Part shown: piece after piece, positions 1 through 13,501 of the stretch
Numbering within the stretch: the stretch's first letter is position 1
Layout: every line of letters begins with the position of its first letter
NCBI GenBank assembly: GCA_964057225.1
Contig: OZ059897.1
Span: forward strand, 7,068,001-7,132,000
Reading direction: 5' to 3'
Length of the DNA: 64,000 bases
From: Auanema rhodensis
Lineage: Eukaryota; Animalia; Nematoda
Program-made: the position numbers and the translations under genes
The notes under the pieces: model-generated
The model's input: the letters and a program-made list of their open reading frames with translations, nothing else
Database searches by the model: none
Told to the model about the DNA's origin: nothing

Positions 1-3000
1 AGTTAATAATACTTTTTAACAAAAAAAAAGAAAAAAATACGATCAAGAGTAAGAAGGGGGGGGAGGGGGAGAGAAGAGGATGAAATGAATTATGAGAAGA
101 AAAAGAAGAATAAGAAGACAAAATAAAACAAAAAACCTGAGATAATACATAATTATCGTTTATTACATGTTTCTGCCTTCATATAAAGCGTTGTAAGGCC
201 AAAGCCTGTTCACAACTTTAGTCCATAAAAGGGAAAGTTTTTAAGGTTCAATGCAGTCTGAAGACGAAGTGGGACTGACGTGCTACTCGATTTTGCATCC
301 GACAGGCTTCAGCTTTCAAAACTAAAGATTGGAAACTGTTTTAAAGGAATCGCTGCTGACAATGCAATTGTGAATGCAAAATTTGGTTTTTTTATAAAAA
401 TAGAAGAGGACTTTAGAAAAACATAATCATAGCTGATCGAAAAAGGGAATCTGGCGCAAGAGCGAAGTGAAAACGTTAAGGAACAAGATGGGACGACTGG
501 TTCCGACAGTTGCCTTTGCCAACAATATTTTCGATTGTCTTAGAGAGTGAGAGGAAAATTATGGAAGAAACAGAGAGGAATTGAGAAAAAGAGGAAGTAG
601 TAGAAGGAAAAAGGGTGGATATCCAAGAAATTTTGAACACAGGCATTCTGGCTTCTAACTTTTAAATGAGAGGAAACTAAAGCAAGACGGCTTAAAAACT
701 CGTCATAGCTTGGGATTAATCCAAAGAAAAAAAGAAAAAATGATGAGTAGAAAGCGTTTTATAAATATATGAATATATAATCAACTATTTGGATTGAGAA
801 GCCAACATAAGGGGATTGCAAGTTTGGTTATAAACACAAGTTGAACGAGGACATAGTGAAGGCAGGCAGCTAACAGAAAACAAAAGCAAACCTTGAAAAG
901 GTGAGATATATGAAGAAAAAGGAGAGCAAGGAAGGGAACGAGTGTGTTGAGGCAGATAGAAAATTTCGAAAATCGTGCAGTATTCGGAAAAAACGAAACG
1001 AGAGATAATGAAGAGCAATATAGAATTCTGAAGTTGGGGCATAACAGGGACACAAGCAGAACAATTCTGGAGTGCCGCTGCAAGCTTCATAATCCAAAAA
1101 TCCAACTGACACCTTGAGAAGAATCGAGAACAAAGATAATATTATAAAAGTCAGAAACGAACGATGCATGCCTCATCTGACACAAAGAGATCAGAGAGCT
1201 AAACAAATATATTATTAATCAAGGAGTCAAATGGATACTGAATTTCTAGCTAAAAATGCTCAAAATCACAAATCCGTATTGCTTTTATGCTGCTAACTTG
1301 TAGCATATGCAGGATATGCTGCTGCAGATGAGTTGAAATCAACGAATTAAGAATCTGGGATAAAAGAGAATTGAGGGGGTACGAACGTCTAGATTATCCG
1401 CTTGATGACTTTAAGTCATTGCACATGTAGGAAGTCGAAACGTTGCTAAATCGTTCTCTGGAAAAGCCGGAAGACTAGCTTTCGATGGAACGACACGTCA
1501 AAGCGCGCTAACATTCCGGAGTTGGAAACAAGGACAGGAGCAAAGCCATCGACACAGTGAGCTGTCTCATTCTCTCGTACACCACTCGTCTATCGTTTCA
1601 GCGAACTGAGCAAACATAAGCAGAACTCGGACACCACGTGAAGCAATTTTCTACAATCGCTTTCCTCAATCCATGGTTTTGCGAGAGCGCAGAAAAGAAC
1701 GGGTGAGAGCGATCAAGTGAATGGGTGAGTATGAAAAAGAACTGTTGAAAGATCTTTACATTTCCGGATTTTCCGTTTCAGCCGGAACGCTAATATTGCT
1801 GTCTCCGTGATATTTCACGCGCTTGTCGCCTCTTAAGGCCACAATGAAGCCCCCGCATGTTTTGTAAAAGTGATATCTATCTCAGCAAGAGATCAAAAAA
1901 TGAAAAGAAGTGACAAGTTAGGCAAAATGTAATAAATGTTTTTTCCATCTATACATGGAACATCAATATGTCACATTGCACATTGGACCAGATAATCTGG
2001 ACGACATACTGTAAGAGAAAATAGAGAGGATGCGCGTAAAAACACACCAATGTGAAAAGCAATAACGACATAGGAGGCAAGTTAAATGAGATCTAGATCT
2101 AAGCTACATGTGGACTATTCATTCTCAATGTCTTCAGGTGAAAAACTTCAGAGTGTTCAACGAAAGAAGAAATGAAAGATATACTAAGAAACCAAGAAAT
2201 CTGGGCCATTGCAATGGGTAGAGAGCACAGCATATTCGCAAAGGCCATTTTCATGAAAGAGTGAAAAAGGAAGAGAGCGAATTTAGAAAGATGTGATCGA
2301 GTCAACACAGCTGATAAGAATTTCTGATAAGCACAACATGTAGACAGAGCCGTGGACACAACCAGAAGCTGATCGAGTGCTTGTCATCCAAATTGGCTGT
2401 TGATTTTAATTTTGTCGCAGTATTTAGAGCAATCATAAACAAACGATCGGATTATATTTTTATTTCTGCTACCATCAAATAATTTATTTTTGCTAATCTT
2501 CCGGAGACAAAAAATATTTAATTAGAAATAATAGCAAAAAAAAACTATAAAAAGAAGCAGAATAGTAGGAATTCAAAATGGTAAAAAATTGTTTGAATCT
2601 GATTTATCTGCTAAAAACACGAGAATAAATTTACTAGTTAATACGCCTTTGGTAAAAATTGATCGAGTTTTATTTGAAGTAATTACCTACTCACTCTGTT
2701 CACATGTTGGCCAAGCCCAAAGGAATTAACTACACTCGTCTTTTTCATCTTTTCTTCATATTGTCGTAGCAATGTTGTGTATCGAAGTAGTTAGACAATT
2801 CAAAAAGATGGATATGGAGCTTGGATACATCACTTATGCTTTACCTACCAAAATTGGACTGGAGAGAAAGAAAAGAGAATCCTGTTAGTGGAATAAATAA
2901 TCTGGCCTCTACTACTCAAGAAACGAACTAAGAATAATATTCTTGAGTGCTATGCAAAGTATATAGCACTAATCAAGAAAGTGCAATCAGAAGCATGAAA

Positions 3001-5285
3001 AAAATGCCTTCTGCACGACGATGAGAAGTAGTAAGAGTACAGAAAATGGAATGTTATCATGGAATCAAAATTAAACAAACGAGCGAACGAATGAATGAAT
3101 GAAGGAAGGAAAAAAGGAATAAAAATAATTCTAACGATTGTATGTAAGAAGAGAAGAGTTTCTATGTGTGTGCATGTAAGAAGATTCTATCCACTGCCAT
3201 AGCACTGAATACTATCAACCATAGGTATACACACAGCAAAGAACAAGCGTATAGACAAACATGTCCTTCAAGGCCTATATCAGTTGCACTATTCGAATCT
3301 CTTTAGGTTGAATTAATATTTTCAATTAGAAACTTCATTATTGTTTATTTTAGATACTATAAATCGTATATGGAATCAAGAATCAAGTATTACTTGCTAT
3401 TTGCGTGAAAAGAAAGCTAAAAACTGCAAAAAAAATTTAAAATAAGATAGCACTATCAAATTCTCAATTTCACATAGAATGAAATCTAAAAAAGAATGTT
3501 TTTTGAAAAGGGTAATGGATTCTGAAGTATAAACCTCAATAACACACTGGTCTTAGCAAATGAATAAAGTCAGTACGTTTTGTCCCAAGAAGTAACTAAC
3601 AACTGCCAGTTAATATCGACCGTGTTTTAACATAGAAAACAGGAGCTTGTGTGTACTTCAGGACAACTATGTATAGGCAGAATAGAAAAACGAGAGACAA
3701 CTAGCATCATGACCAAATACGAGAGAAACCGAGAGAGATGCCTTATAAAGGAGAGGTAGTAAGGAAATGAGAGAGAAAAACAGAAAGAAAGAGATCATGA
3801 CCCTCTCTTTAATCATATAGTTAACATCGTATCATATACACACACTGTATATTAATACTTGAAAATATATCGGATATTATTCAAAATTCGCTCTTAACGA
3901 TAAAAATTGAAATGAGAAAAGAAATCTAGTTATCAAGATATTGAATATGAAAACAAAAAACTGAGAAATATTACAAAGAAAATGCAACCATGTGACAGGC
4001 GAGAATCAGAAATAATATCATTTAAATGCATGTTCACGTGCATAATAACGTTTTCACGTGCGACGTCCGTGAAAAAAACAACACACGTGGAATTAATAAA
4101 AACGCTCTATGATTTAGTTCTCGGTTTAAAACAAGTTTAGTAACAGACTACAAGACAAAGTACTGAGTAAAAATTGGCAAAATGTCCTTTTATAAGGCTG
4201 GGCATATAAGACATTTATAGAACAAGACATAATTAGCAAATTAGGTGATTCAGTCGACAGGACGATCAAATGCCCTAAAGCTGTACTAGAAATGTTCGAA
4301 GATAAAAACAATGAGAGGGTCAAAAATTGAAAAAAAAAGTGACAAGTTGTAGAAAGCGAAAATGTGCTTTTAAATGAGAAAACTTGAATTCACGCTTCTT
4401 GCACAAAGAATAAGATGAAAATAATGGGCGAAATGTTTGATTGGAATAAGAATGGTGCATGTAGTAGCGTAGCAGTTAGGTTAAAGGTGCAACAGAATGA
4501 AAACGAATAAGATCTGAAGAGTAGTCGCAATGACGGGAAAGTAAAGGAAAGTTAGAAAATGAAAGCGATCAATCTATTGAAGATCTTCATTCTCTTCAAA
4601 ATCCTGATCCAGCATGCCATCGATACTTCCTTAGTCGTCCTTGGCGACGACAGCAATCATCGGATGTCGTTAAACAACTGGTATTACGACTTTGACGGCA
4701 ACTTTTTACAGAGCAGACATTAGGACCGTGAAAAGATTTTACAAAAAAAGGGCGAAAAGCAAGAGATTTTCTGAATGCGCCAAAGAACAGACAAAAAACT
4801 TTAATGCATTGGAAACATCGTAAATTTTAGTTGTTTGATTAGTTTCACTACGTTATTTGGTCCTTAAACTTCATTTAAATATGGAAAGAACTCGAATAGG
4901 TAGCAGATGAATGAATGCGGCACAATGGATGCAAGCAATGTGATTAAGATGTACACTGAAGAGCAGCTAAGGATAAATTGAGACCGTGTTTGGCCGTTTG
5001 TTTTTAAATTTTGTACATCTATTGTCAATATTGACTGACTTTATATTAAAATAAATTGTTTTTTCTACTGAATATATGAAAATTTGTGCTTTTACTCTCT
5101 TTCTTGTCGAACATTCTGACGAAATATTCAATCCATGATGAATGAAAATACTATTTAAATATAGAAATGATACCATTTCAGACTAAAGAGTCTTAAACAC
5201 GCATCAAAAAGAACAAGTTTACAGAAGCAAAATAAATAATTGACATTAAAAAAGTATAAAAGTATTAAAAACGATTTAGACGTAC

Positions 5286-5381
5286 TCGACTTTGAACTCC
5301 AAGACTGTGCTCAACCAACTTTTGACGATGTTCATCATCATCATTGCGACTACCGAATACACGGCCACGTAGCCATTCCAT
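5286..5381 (-). CDS. Isolated probable coding exon (possibly first exon) of a large-intron gene running off the left edge; product unidentified
   Basis: ATTTCAG acceptor (exon starts 5406), ATG at 5381, open frame MEWLRGRVFGSRNDDDEHRQKLVEHSLGVQSR, then phase-0 donor GTACGT at 5285. Bases 1-9300 are T-rich on the minus strand, like an intron. No downstream exon could be assigned. Confidence 0.45.
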
Positions 5382-8300
5382 GCCTCTTCTGCGACGTGGA
5401 CTTCTTCTGAAATACATGGTCATATATACTAAAGTAAAGAAAGAACAGAATCATAAAGGTTAAGGCGAGGCGAATGGAAAACAGTCGGTACCACTCGTGG
5501 CTAGAACAAAAAGAAAAAAAGAAAAAATCGAAAACAGATCAAATGGAGCTGATTGTATCGAATAAATGATGTTTTTCCTTATAATTGGGACGTTAGAATA
5601 ATAGAAAAGTTCATATAGTTGAACATTGCTCATGGATAAAGAAGGTTCAGCTTGAAGCAATATCAGAAAGAAGCACAAAAACATATAATCAGATGGATAT
5701 GATACAGACGATCAAAGGCGTTTGGCCCATAAATAGTCCCATTCAGCTAGCGGTCACACAATGCAGACACAATAGAAGATTTAGTTTAGAAGAAATGGAA
5801 TACATTAGTAAAATATCAAAATGAGAATAGGAAGGAGGAAAATGAATCAAGACCGGCTATAGAAGTGCTTGACAAAGATGAGACTATGCTCAGAGAAGTG
5901 GCATCGAAAGAGATGACAAGAGGGTGAATAACGATAGTCACTCCCTAACTTCCTCGCGCTCTCATACTATTATATTCCTTCCTTCAATCTATCTATCTCT
6001 TTTCCTGGTTCTCTGTCCCTTCCATCATCTTACATTGTTTTGTTTTGTTTTGTTTCTCATATTTTCCTATTCGGGATGTAATTGGTCAACTGCAAAAATA
6101 GTCAGTTCGTAAAACGAACAACAATGTTTCCAACATCTGACGACGAGCCCGTGCTAGAAGACATCTGACAGACTGATCGATGCTATTCCTACTACTTTGC
6201 TCTTCTCTTCTTTTACTCTTTCTTCCTCATTTCTTTTTCAAAGAAACACAGCCCAGAGGGTCACAAGACAAGCCCTGCAGCTTTATGGATCCAATTCTGG
6301 ATTGTTTGCTTTTTTTTTCATCACTCTGTTATTGAATCAAGTTTTTTTTAAAAACACATGTTGAATAAAAAGGAAAAGCGTCATCGTGGATTAAAATAGA
6401 GTCTGAATCGAAAAAATTAAGTTTGTGTAGTCCCATTAGAACTACAGGAAGCGTGTTTAGAGTAACGACAAACAGCGCAGTAGGGTAGTTTGAGCAAAGC
6501 CAAAGCTCATCCTGAATGATTTAGTTTTTGCTTCCACTCGTCCGCCATCATTTCCTTCAAGCGTAGTAGACAACTGATTCTTGATGTCAAACTTTGGCAG
6601 CTTTAGAAGCTCCAGACGGACGCTTGTTGTTCTAGTCGGAAACGGAAACAAATAGGAGGTTCATCAGCTCATTTGTGCCTTCTTTAGTACTACGCTCGTC
6701 ATTCTACAAAGACGCTGATACTCTACATATTCATGCATACAAAGAATATATCGAGAGCAGGAACGAATATGAATCCAAAGCATTTTTAGTCTTTTTTTTC
6801 GTTCTTACTAGCACACTATACCCAAAAGAACGATAATAGTGGCTATATAAAATACACAGGAGATTCTGAAGCATAACTACTCCAAAAATGGTCTCTGTCC
6901 CTTCGTAATCCAGACTTCTTTACGCTTTTCTCGCCAGTATAACTAGCTGTCATAGTTATGTTGTCGAGTTCAAGGAAAACCGACATCCGGTCTGCACTTA
7001 GTTTTATCCGAGGAACCGAAAGTAACAGAAATTATAAGAAGTAGAGAGCAGTTTAAAGAAAAAGAAAAAAGAAAACAAGCATGCCAAAAAGAAAAGAAAA
7101 CTACTCAACAAAATGGATTTGTATCAAAGGAAAAATTCAAATAACAAGATGATATATCATAAATACCAGTCAGGGAGTCTTTTATTAAACATGCATGTGA
7201 GAGTTTGGTACATCAATTCAAGAACCTTTCCCTCAAAGAATAGAGAATAGGAATAGTGGACGTCGCGAAATTAGAGGGATGGGTGTCGAAATGGGCCCCG
7301 TGAGGAAAGAAGATGACCAGCAGGGGAGCTGGAGCAACAGCAGGAAGTACTGAGCACTTAAGTTGATTACATAAAGTTGGAATTCATGAGCGGATGCAGA
7401 GTTAGACCAAGCATACAGATGATATTTCAAACAGGTACTATTGAAAGATACCGGATTTAGCAGTGGATTAAACGAACATGAACCTCAATCTGCCCTAAAA
7501 CTTGAGTTGTCCATGATTCTACATCTCTTGTAGAACCGGTTCAGATAAAAAGCAACAATGGCGTATCAAGAACAGAAAAACGTCAAATTTACGATGAAAA
7601 AAATGACAAAGTATTAGAAAATAAAAAGAAATAAAAAAGAAAACTAAGCTTACATTCAAGTTTACAACATAACTTTCATAAAGTTCAAAATATATATAAA
7701 TTAGAAAGTGTGTATTGAAAAACTAGAATACTCACGTGAATATACTAGGCAAGCGATGCAAACCGAGAAAACGCTTAAAGATGAATCTAAGCAAAAATAA
7801 TTTGAGACTGGTAACCGGAAGGTTGTGTCAATTCGGTCAGGCGACTGAACAAACATGAAAAAAGTATCGTAGCCTTTTTATAGTAAAAAATACTCGAAGC
7901 TACTAGATTATTAGCCGGGTGCGCGGCAGAATCATCAGTTCATCGAGCGACATCGTCGTTGTTAACGTCTTCTTTCTTCATGGACTGCATGGATTGAACG
8001 CAGAGCTACGGGCAAAACAACAAATTCCGATTGCAAGAAGCAAAAAAAAAATATAAAAAGAGGATAGAGAGTCTGAATAACGAACATTAAAAGAGAATGC
8101 ATGAAGCAACAGACGTGGCTGTCAACTGAAAGAATGAAGAAACAGTGAGAAAATCATGGCACAGCTGACACGGAAATATTGAGTAAAGTCACATAAAACC
8201 TTTGCTGATTGAATACTAGAGTTCATGACACAAGTAGTTTCAACTATTTGGAATTTGTGAGAAAAACAGGCCAATTCAAATAGAAAAAATTATAGAAGAT

Positions 8301-9297
8301 TGGAAAATTGGCATTGGAAGAATGAAAAAGGGAGAATGTCAGCAGGGCCGTGATGGGGAAAAGGCGGAGCGCGCTGGCAATGGCATACACATCGGCAGGC
8401 AGAGACAGAACATGAGAGGAATGAAGAGGAAAACTGGAAGAGACGCATACAGCATACATTTACACATATATACATACATATAATCTTCAGAACGCTTGGA
8501 CGGATCGTTGAAGACAAGAGATGATGCTTGGGTGATGGCTCATTCATATTAGTGCATGGACATGATCTTGTAGAGTCAACTTCATGAGCATGCAGTAGTG
8601 ATAGGATCCCACAGGTCATTAATAATGAGAACCGTGTTTCAGATGAGATGAGATAAGAACAAAAAAACCTACGGAATGGATTCTCCGGTTTGTTTATTCC
8701 TTGTATGCGAACGCAGTCTCATTTGTATCTCTCCTCTATAATAGTAGATTGAAAAATTTGTTGGGTGAAAAAGCAAGCGAAATGAAAGATATCGAAAAAG
8801 TAAGTTCCTTTGTGTTAAAAATTCGGTTTTACCGAATACGTATGTGTAAACGAATACTAGTTCAGAAACTATAGCAACAGAATGGCTGAGATCATCTCAA
8901 CAAATATAAAACAATTTTCTTGAAACACACACCGTTCTGACAAAATAAAGAAAATGATGAGTCGCAACAATGATGAAGGAACTTAAGAAGAGCAACAAAC
9001 AGATGTTCACGTTTCTTCAAAAACATTACAGCTAACATAGCATGAAGCACAGCTGCGAACGAGAAGGCAACTAAGCACAAAACGTGAATACAAGATTGTG
9101 CTCAAAAAAAAACAAAACGTTACAACAAATGGCGAAGAATAGATCTAGCTCCCAGAAAACAGGGAGCACCTACACTATTTAAAAAACAATGTGCTCGCGC
9201 CAAACCGTATAAAGAGTACATAGAAAACTCACTATGCCAAAAAACACAACAGAATATAAAACCGCCTTAAGACTGATCAAGAAAGATCAAAAACATA

Positions 9298-10583
9298 TCA
9301 CATGAAATCGTCAGAAAGGTTGCCATCGTTTGCTTCACTAGCTTTTGGAGCATTATCCCAATCAACGTCTTCGTAGTTTCGCATTTTACGCATTCGTTCT
9401 CTATCAGCTGCTTCCTTGGATTCTTTATCCTTTCGTTCTTTCTCAACTTTTCGTTGAGCTTGACGTTCCCTCGCATCTCGTTCATCCCTTTCAGCTCTAA
9501 AAATTTGAAAAAATGAAAAGACATTAAGATGAATTAATGCTCAATTTATAAAATAATTTACTTGTAGTCAATCTCTTCTTTCTTTTCGGTCTTGTTCAGA
9601 CGATTAATAATCTCATTTTTTCTCTTTTCAACGCGTACTTTCTTCACCTCTCGTGGAATATGAAAACTGACCTGAAACAACAAAAATAATAGAGAAAAAG
9701 CATTTTATGAAAAATTAAGCAGAGTAATTGCTGACATTTTTCTTGAACAATTTATTACACCTATCAATTATTCCACTAAACGCAAAACTGCTAAGCTTCA
9801 AAATACTTTGCTTTGCTCAAAAGTGAACAGATTTCTGCTATGAACAACCGTGACGGCTGTTTGCACAAATAAAAATCAGAAAGAGCTCATGTAAAATTAG
9901 AATATATCTCCGGTTGTTTTTACATGTGATGAAGAGAATGGCATTAATTTAAATTTGGAAATAATTTCAAACTAACTCCATGTAACGATGTTTTAGTTTG
10001 AAAAATGGCATAAAGTTCTTATTCAATGTCAAAAATGAAAAATGTGGCTATAGAACAATCAGAATGAGCCTTATTCGGTGAAGTATCAGAAGCAGCGTTC
10101 GACAATTTTTTAGAAACCATGCAAGATATTTTCAAGACAAAGAAATCTATATATTGAAAGAGTATCTTACCTGACCTATAGCCATATCACCCGTCTTTTT
10201 AAGATTGCTCCATTTCGTATAAACAACATCTACATTATTAATCTTATTACCCTCGATGGAATTAGCCTTAACCAGCTGAGCACAATCCTCAACCTTAAAA
10301 ACACAAAAAAGGTAAACAAAAGATGAAGCATTTTCATCTTACTAAAGACTCTGGCATAGAATCGATCGTCATCCCTTCTGACAATCGCACATAGACGTGA
10401 GCAGAAGAAAGTTTGTCAACGTGAAACCAAACATCTTCGGGCCATCCGTACTGAAAAACACATGAAAATACTTTACCAAAATGTCATATTTACTTTTATC
10501 AGGTGTTCATTTTCATGCTTGTCTACTCCCATGTATAGCAAAACTGGTGGACTAACGACGTTAGAAGTGAATTTGATTACCAT
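9298..10583 (-). CDS. CCDC25: Coiled-coil domain-containing protein 25 (NFACT-R domain), 5 exons
   Basis: Spliced translation [53 protein letters not shown]...[15 protein letters not shown]...[22 protein letters not shown]...[10 protein letters not shown], ending LSDDFM*. These are typical CCDC25 motifs. Introns are GT-AG. Confidence 0.95.
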
Positions 10584-11215
10584 ACTTAAACCTTAAAACC
10601 ACATATGAGTCTTTTGCAGTGTATATCAATACGATATATTTCTGGATGAGTTCGTAAACATCGACAAGTATTTCATCGTGAGTAGCATTCCATTCCCAAG
10701 GGAAAATGGATGAGCCGCCAAAAGTAAAGAAGCTTGAATGAAGGCAATAAGTCCGCAACGACTTGATTAATGAGTCTGCTAATCTTCTACACTTAAATTT
10801 TCAAATTCTTCGCGCATAGTCTCAATAATAAGCATGCAAGTACTTTTGAAGAGAAAGAAGAAAGATCAAAAAGCAACAGAACTATGATGAACAGTGGCCC
10901 TGCCAAATATCCCAGCGTCAAACGCTTTACAGCTTGTGTCAAAAACGGGAAACATTATTTTTAAAATTTACTCAAATAGTTGCTAGCTTTGTAATTTGAT
11001 AACAGTAAACAAATAACAATACAGCATCAGATCAGAAGGATACAAATATACCTAGATCTATCAGAATAACTACAATGATCAACTAGAATTAAAACTGAGA
11101 ATATTCGTGCTATGCTAACAATATCTATGAATTAATAAACATGATAATATCGTGCATGTCGTACAACAATCATCCAATTAATGAAAAACAAAAAATTAAC
11201 AAAAACAAAAAAAAT

Positions 11216-12450
11216 TTAACCAATCACTAATCCAACTCCAAATTTACCAGCAGCTTTAACGTGGCTGTAGAGACCGGATAGAGCTAAGGTGAAAGGTAAT
11301 TGACGACTAAGTCTCTTTTCGAAGACTCCACTAACGGTCCTGAAAACAGTACATATTAGAAACAAAAGATTATGTAAACGACATACCAGTTGGTATCAAT
11401 GCTTGATCTCATGGTAACACCCTCTTCAGGAAGTTCAGCTTGGTAAGCTAACGTTGTAACGGCCTTTAAGGGTAAATGGTTATTCATTGTTCTTAATATA
11501 TTCAACTTACTTCTCCAACACTAGAATTACACTCAAATTCAACTCCAAATGCCAAGTTTTCGTTTTGTTTATGATAATACGTCAAATGAGCTCCTGAGGT
11601 AACAATATTAAAACTTGTTGGAAAAGTAATGTAATACCGGTAACACCGAATGTGGCGGCGGCAGTCCAGAAATCAGTAGTGTACCGACCGACATATGAGA
11701 GAACAGTTATTTGAGATCCTTAAAAGAGAAAGTAAGTAAAGCATTCTTCAATGACTGGTTTACCTGGAACTTGTTTGCCATATTGGTAGACCAATTCAGC
11801 TCCTAAGTCGAGCTTGTGAGTTAAACGGCGTAAATACTGACCAACGCAAATACCACTTTCATTAACTAAATCAATGTTAGCTAATGTCAAACCCATAGTT
11901 GAGAGACGGCCCCTGGAGAAAATCCAGATTAGACAGAATTAATAAAAAAAATTCCAACCTTCTCTCGAATGTTCCTTGAGCTCCAGATAATTTTCCCTGT
12001 TGAATCTGTCCTAATAGACGCATTCTATATTTATCAGCAAACTGGTGAATAATAGTAGCTGATGTATTTCCTGAGACATCAGTCTCACCCATAAATATAG
12101 GGAAAGCTTCTTGTGGACCAACTTGTTTATCTCCTACAAAGGTGGTACCAAAGCGATAACCCGTATTCATCGCAGATATGGAAAGTGTATGAGTGACCTT
12201 GAAAAAACATTTCAAAAATAAACGTTAAATGTTTGAAATTACTTGAAAGTGTGAGCTCAATCCCTTTGAAACCATAACTTTGGCACCCTCGAAGCATGTA
12301 GGGAATACATCCTTAGTCTTGCGATGTAATTCATCGAAAGACCCTAATAATTCGATTATTAAGATTGTAAAAAATATTTGTAAAAAAACCTGGATTAGTT
12401 GATTTGGGCTCAAAGCCAGGAATGTCGTTTCCTGCATCGTAAGAAGCCAT
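11216..12450 (-). CDS. tomm-40: Mitochondrial import receptor subunit TOM40
   Basis: NPGSFDELHRKTKDVFPTCFEGAKVMVSKGLSSHFQVTHTLSISAMNTGYRFGTTFVG...; C-terminus SGLYSHVKAAGKFGVGLVIG*. Short GT-AG introns. Confidence 0.96.
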
Positions 12451-13501
12451 TCTACCCTATAAGCTTAAATTTAATAATATGCATATTTTCTTTCAAGTGG
12501 CAAGTTGAACAAATTAAGTTTTTAACAAAAAAAAATTGAAACGCAATACAAAAACTACAATGTTTATTCAGATTATTTAATATAAATTATTATATAATAA
12601 ATTAAAATATTTAAAAAATAAAAAGAAAATCCAACGAATTGCATCAAACGAATGCATTTCTTGCCCTCGTATTCTGTAAACGGCGTGCTACCTCTGTAAT
12701 CATCTTACATTTCGTACTCTTAAATCAAGACACAACTATCATTAATGAATAATGCTCATGGTATGTAATACAATGTTTCATGATTAGATTAAAACTTGAA
12801 ATCAGAAAATTCTTTATATGGTTGATATGGTTCAAATAATTGTCTAATGTTTGTTATTTAAAAAATAAGACATTGCAAAGTATTTTCGGATTTATCCACC
12901 AACAATATTCCTTATTAAATCCGATTTATAATTGAAACTTATCAAATTAAACAGCGATGAACAAACAATTCATTCAGTTTAATTTAGCAGTTTACGCGCG
13001 GTTTTAAATGAACTAATTAAGTTCTGTACCATGGGTTATCTTTTAAAATCATATTAAACTATATGGCGATTCGAACTGGTGCATATATACCGTCTGACTT
13101 TCATATGAATGTAAATTGAACGTATTATGCTTGTTCCAAATGTAAATTTCGTTGTTGCATTTGTTAATAGGACTGTCAAGATTATACAGAGGCTTATGTA
13201 TGTGATTTGTGAACTAACAGTTGTTGTTAATAACAAAAAAAAAGAAAAAATACAGATCAAAATATTCGTATGTATGCTCAAATGACATAGTTCCCTATAA
13301 TCTATGGAACAAACATTTTGTATCATACAATATTTTGCTTTTTTTTCTTCTTCTTTCTATAACTATTTCGAATATGAAGAAGGAAGTAACCGTTCAACTG
13401 TATAATACAGTTTATTTAGCATAGACTAGCATAATGAAAACTAATATCTTAATAAAATATATATACAAGTTCTATTTTTATGTTATTTAAAGAACTTTCC
13501 A

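Noticed and set aside
781-1169. Three overlapping ~100-aa minus-strand ORFs
   Set aside because: Their Phe/Leu/Ser-rich composition simply reflects T-rich strand bias, which suppresses stop codons. They have no splice context or motifs.
4575-4680. Apparent stop-codon readthrough (MIAVVAKDD*GSIDGMLDQDFEENEDLQ*) or variant genetic code
   Set aside because: TAA, TAG and TGA all terminate conserved genes in this window, and the peptide is too short to support recoding.
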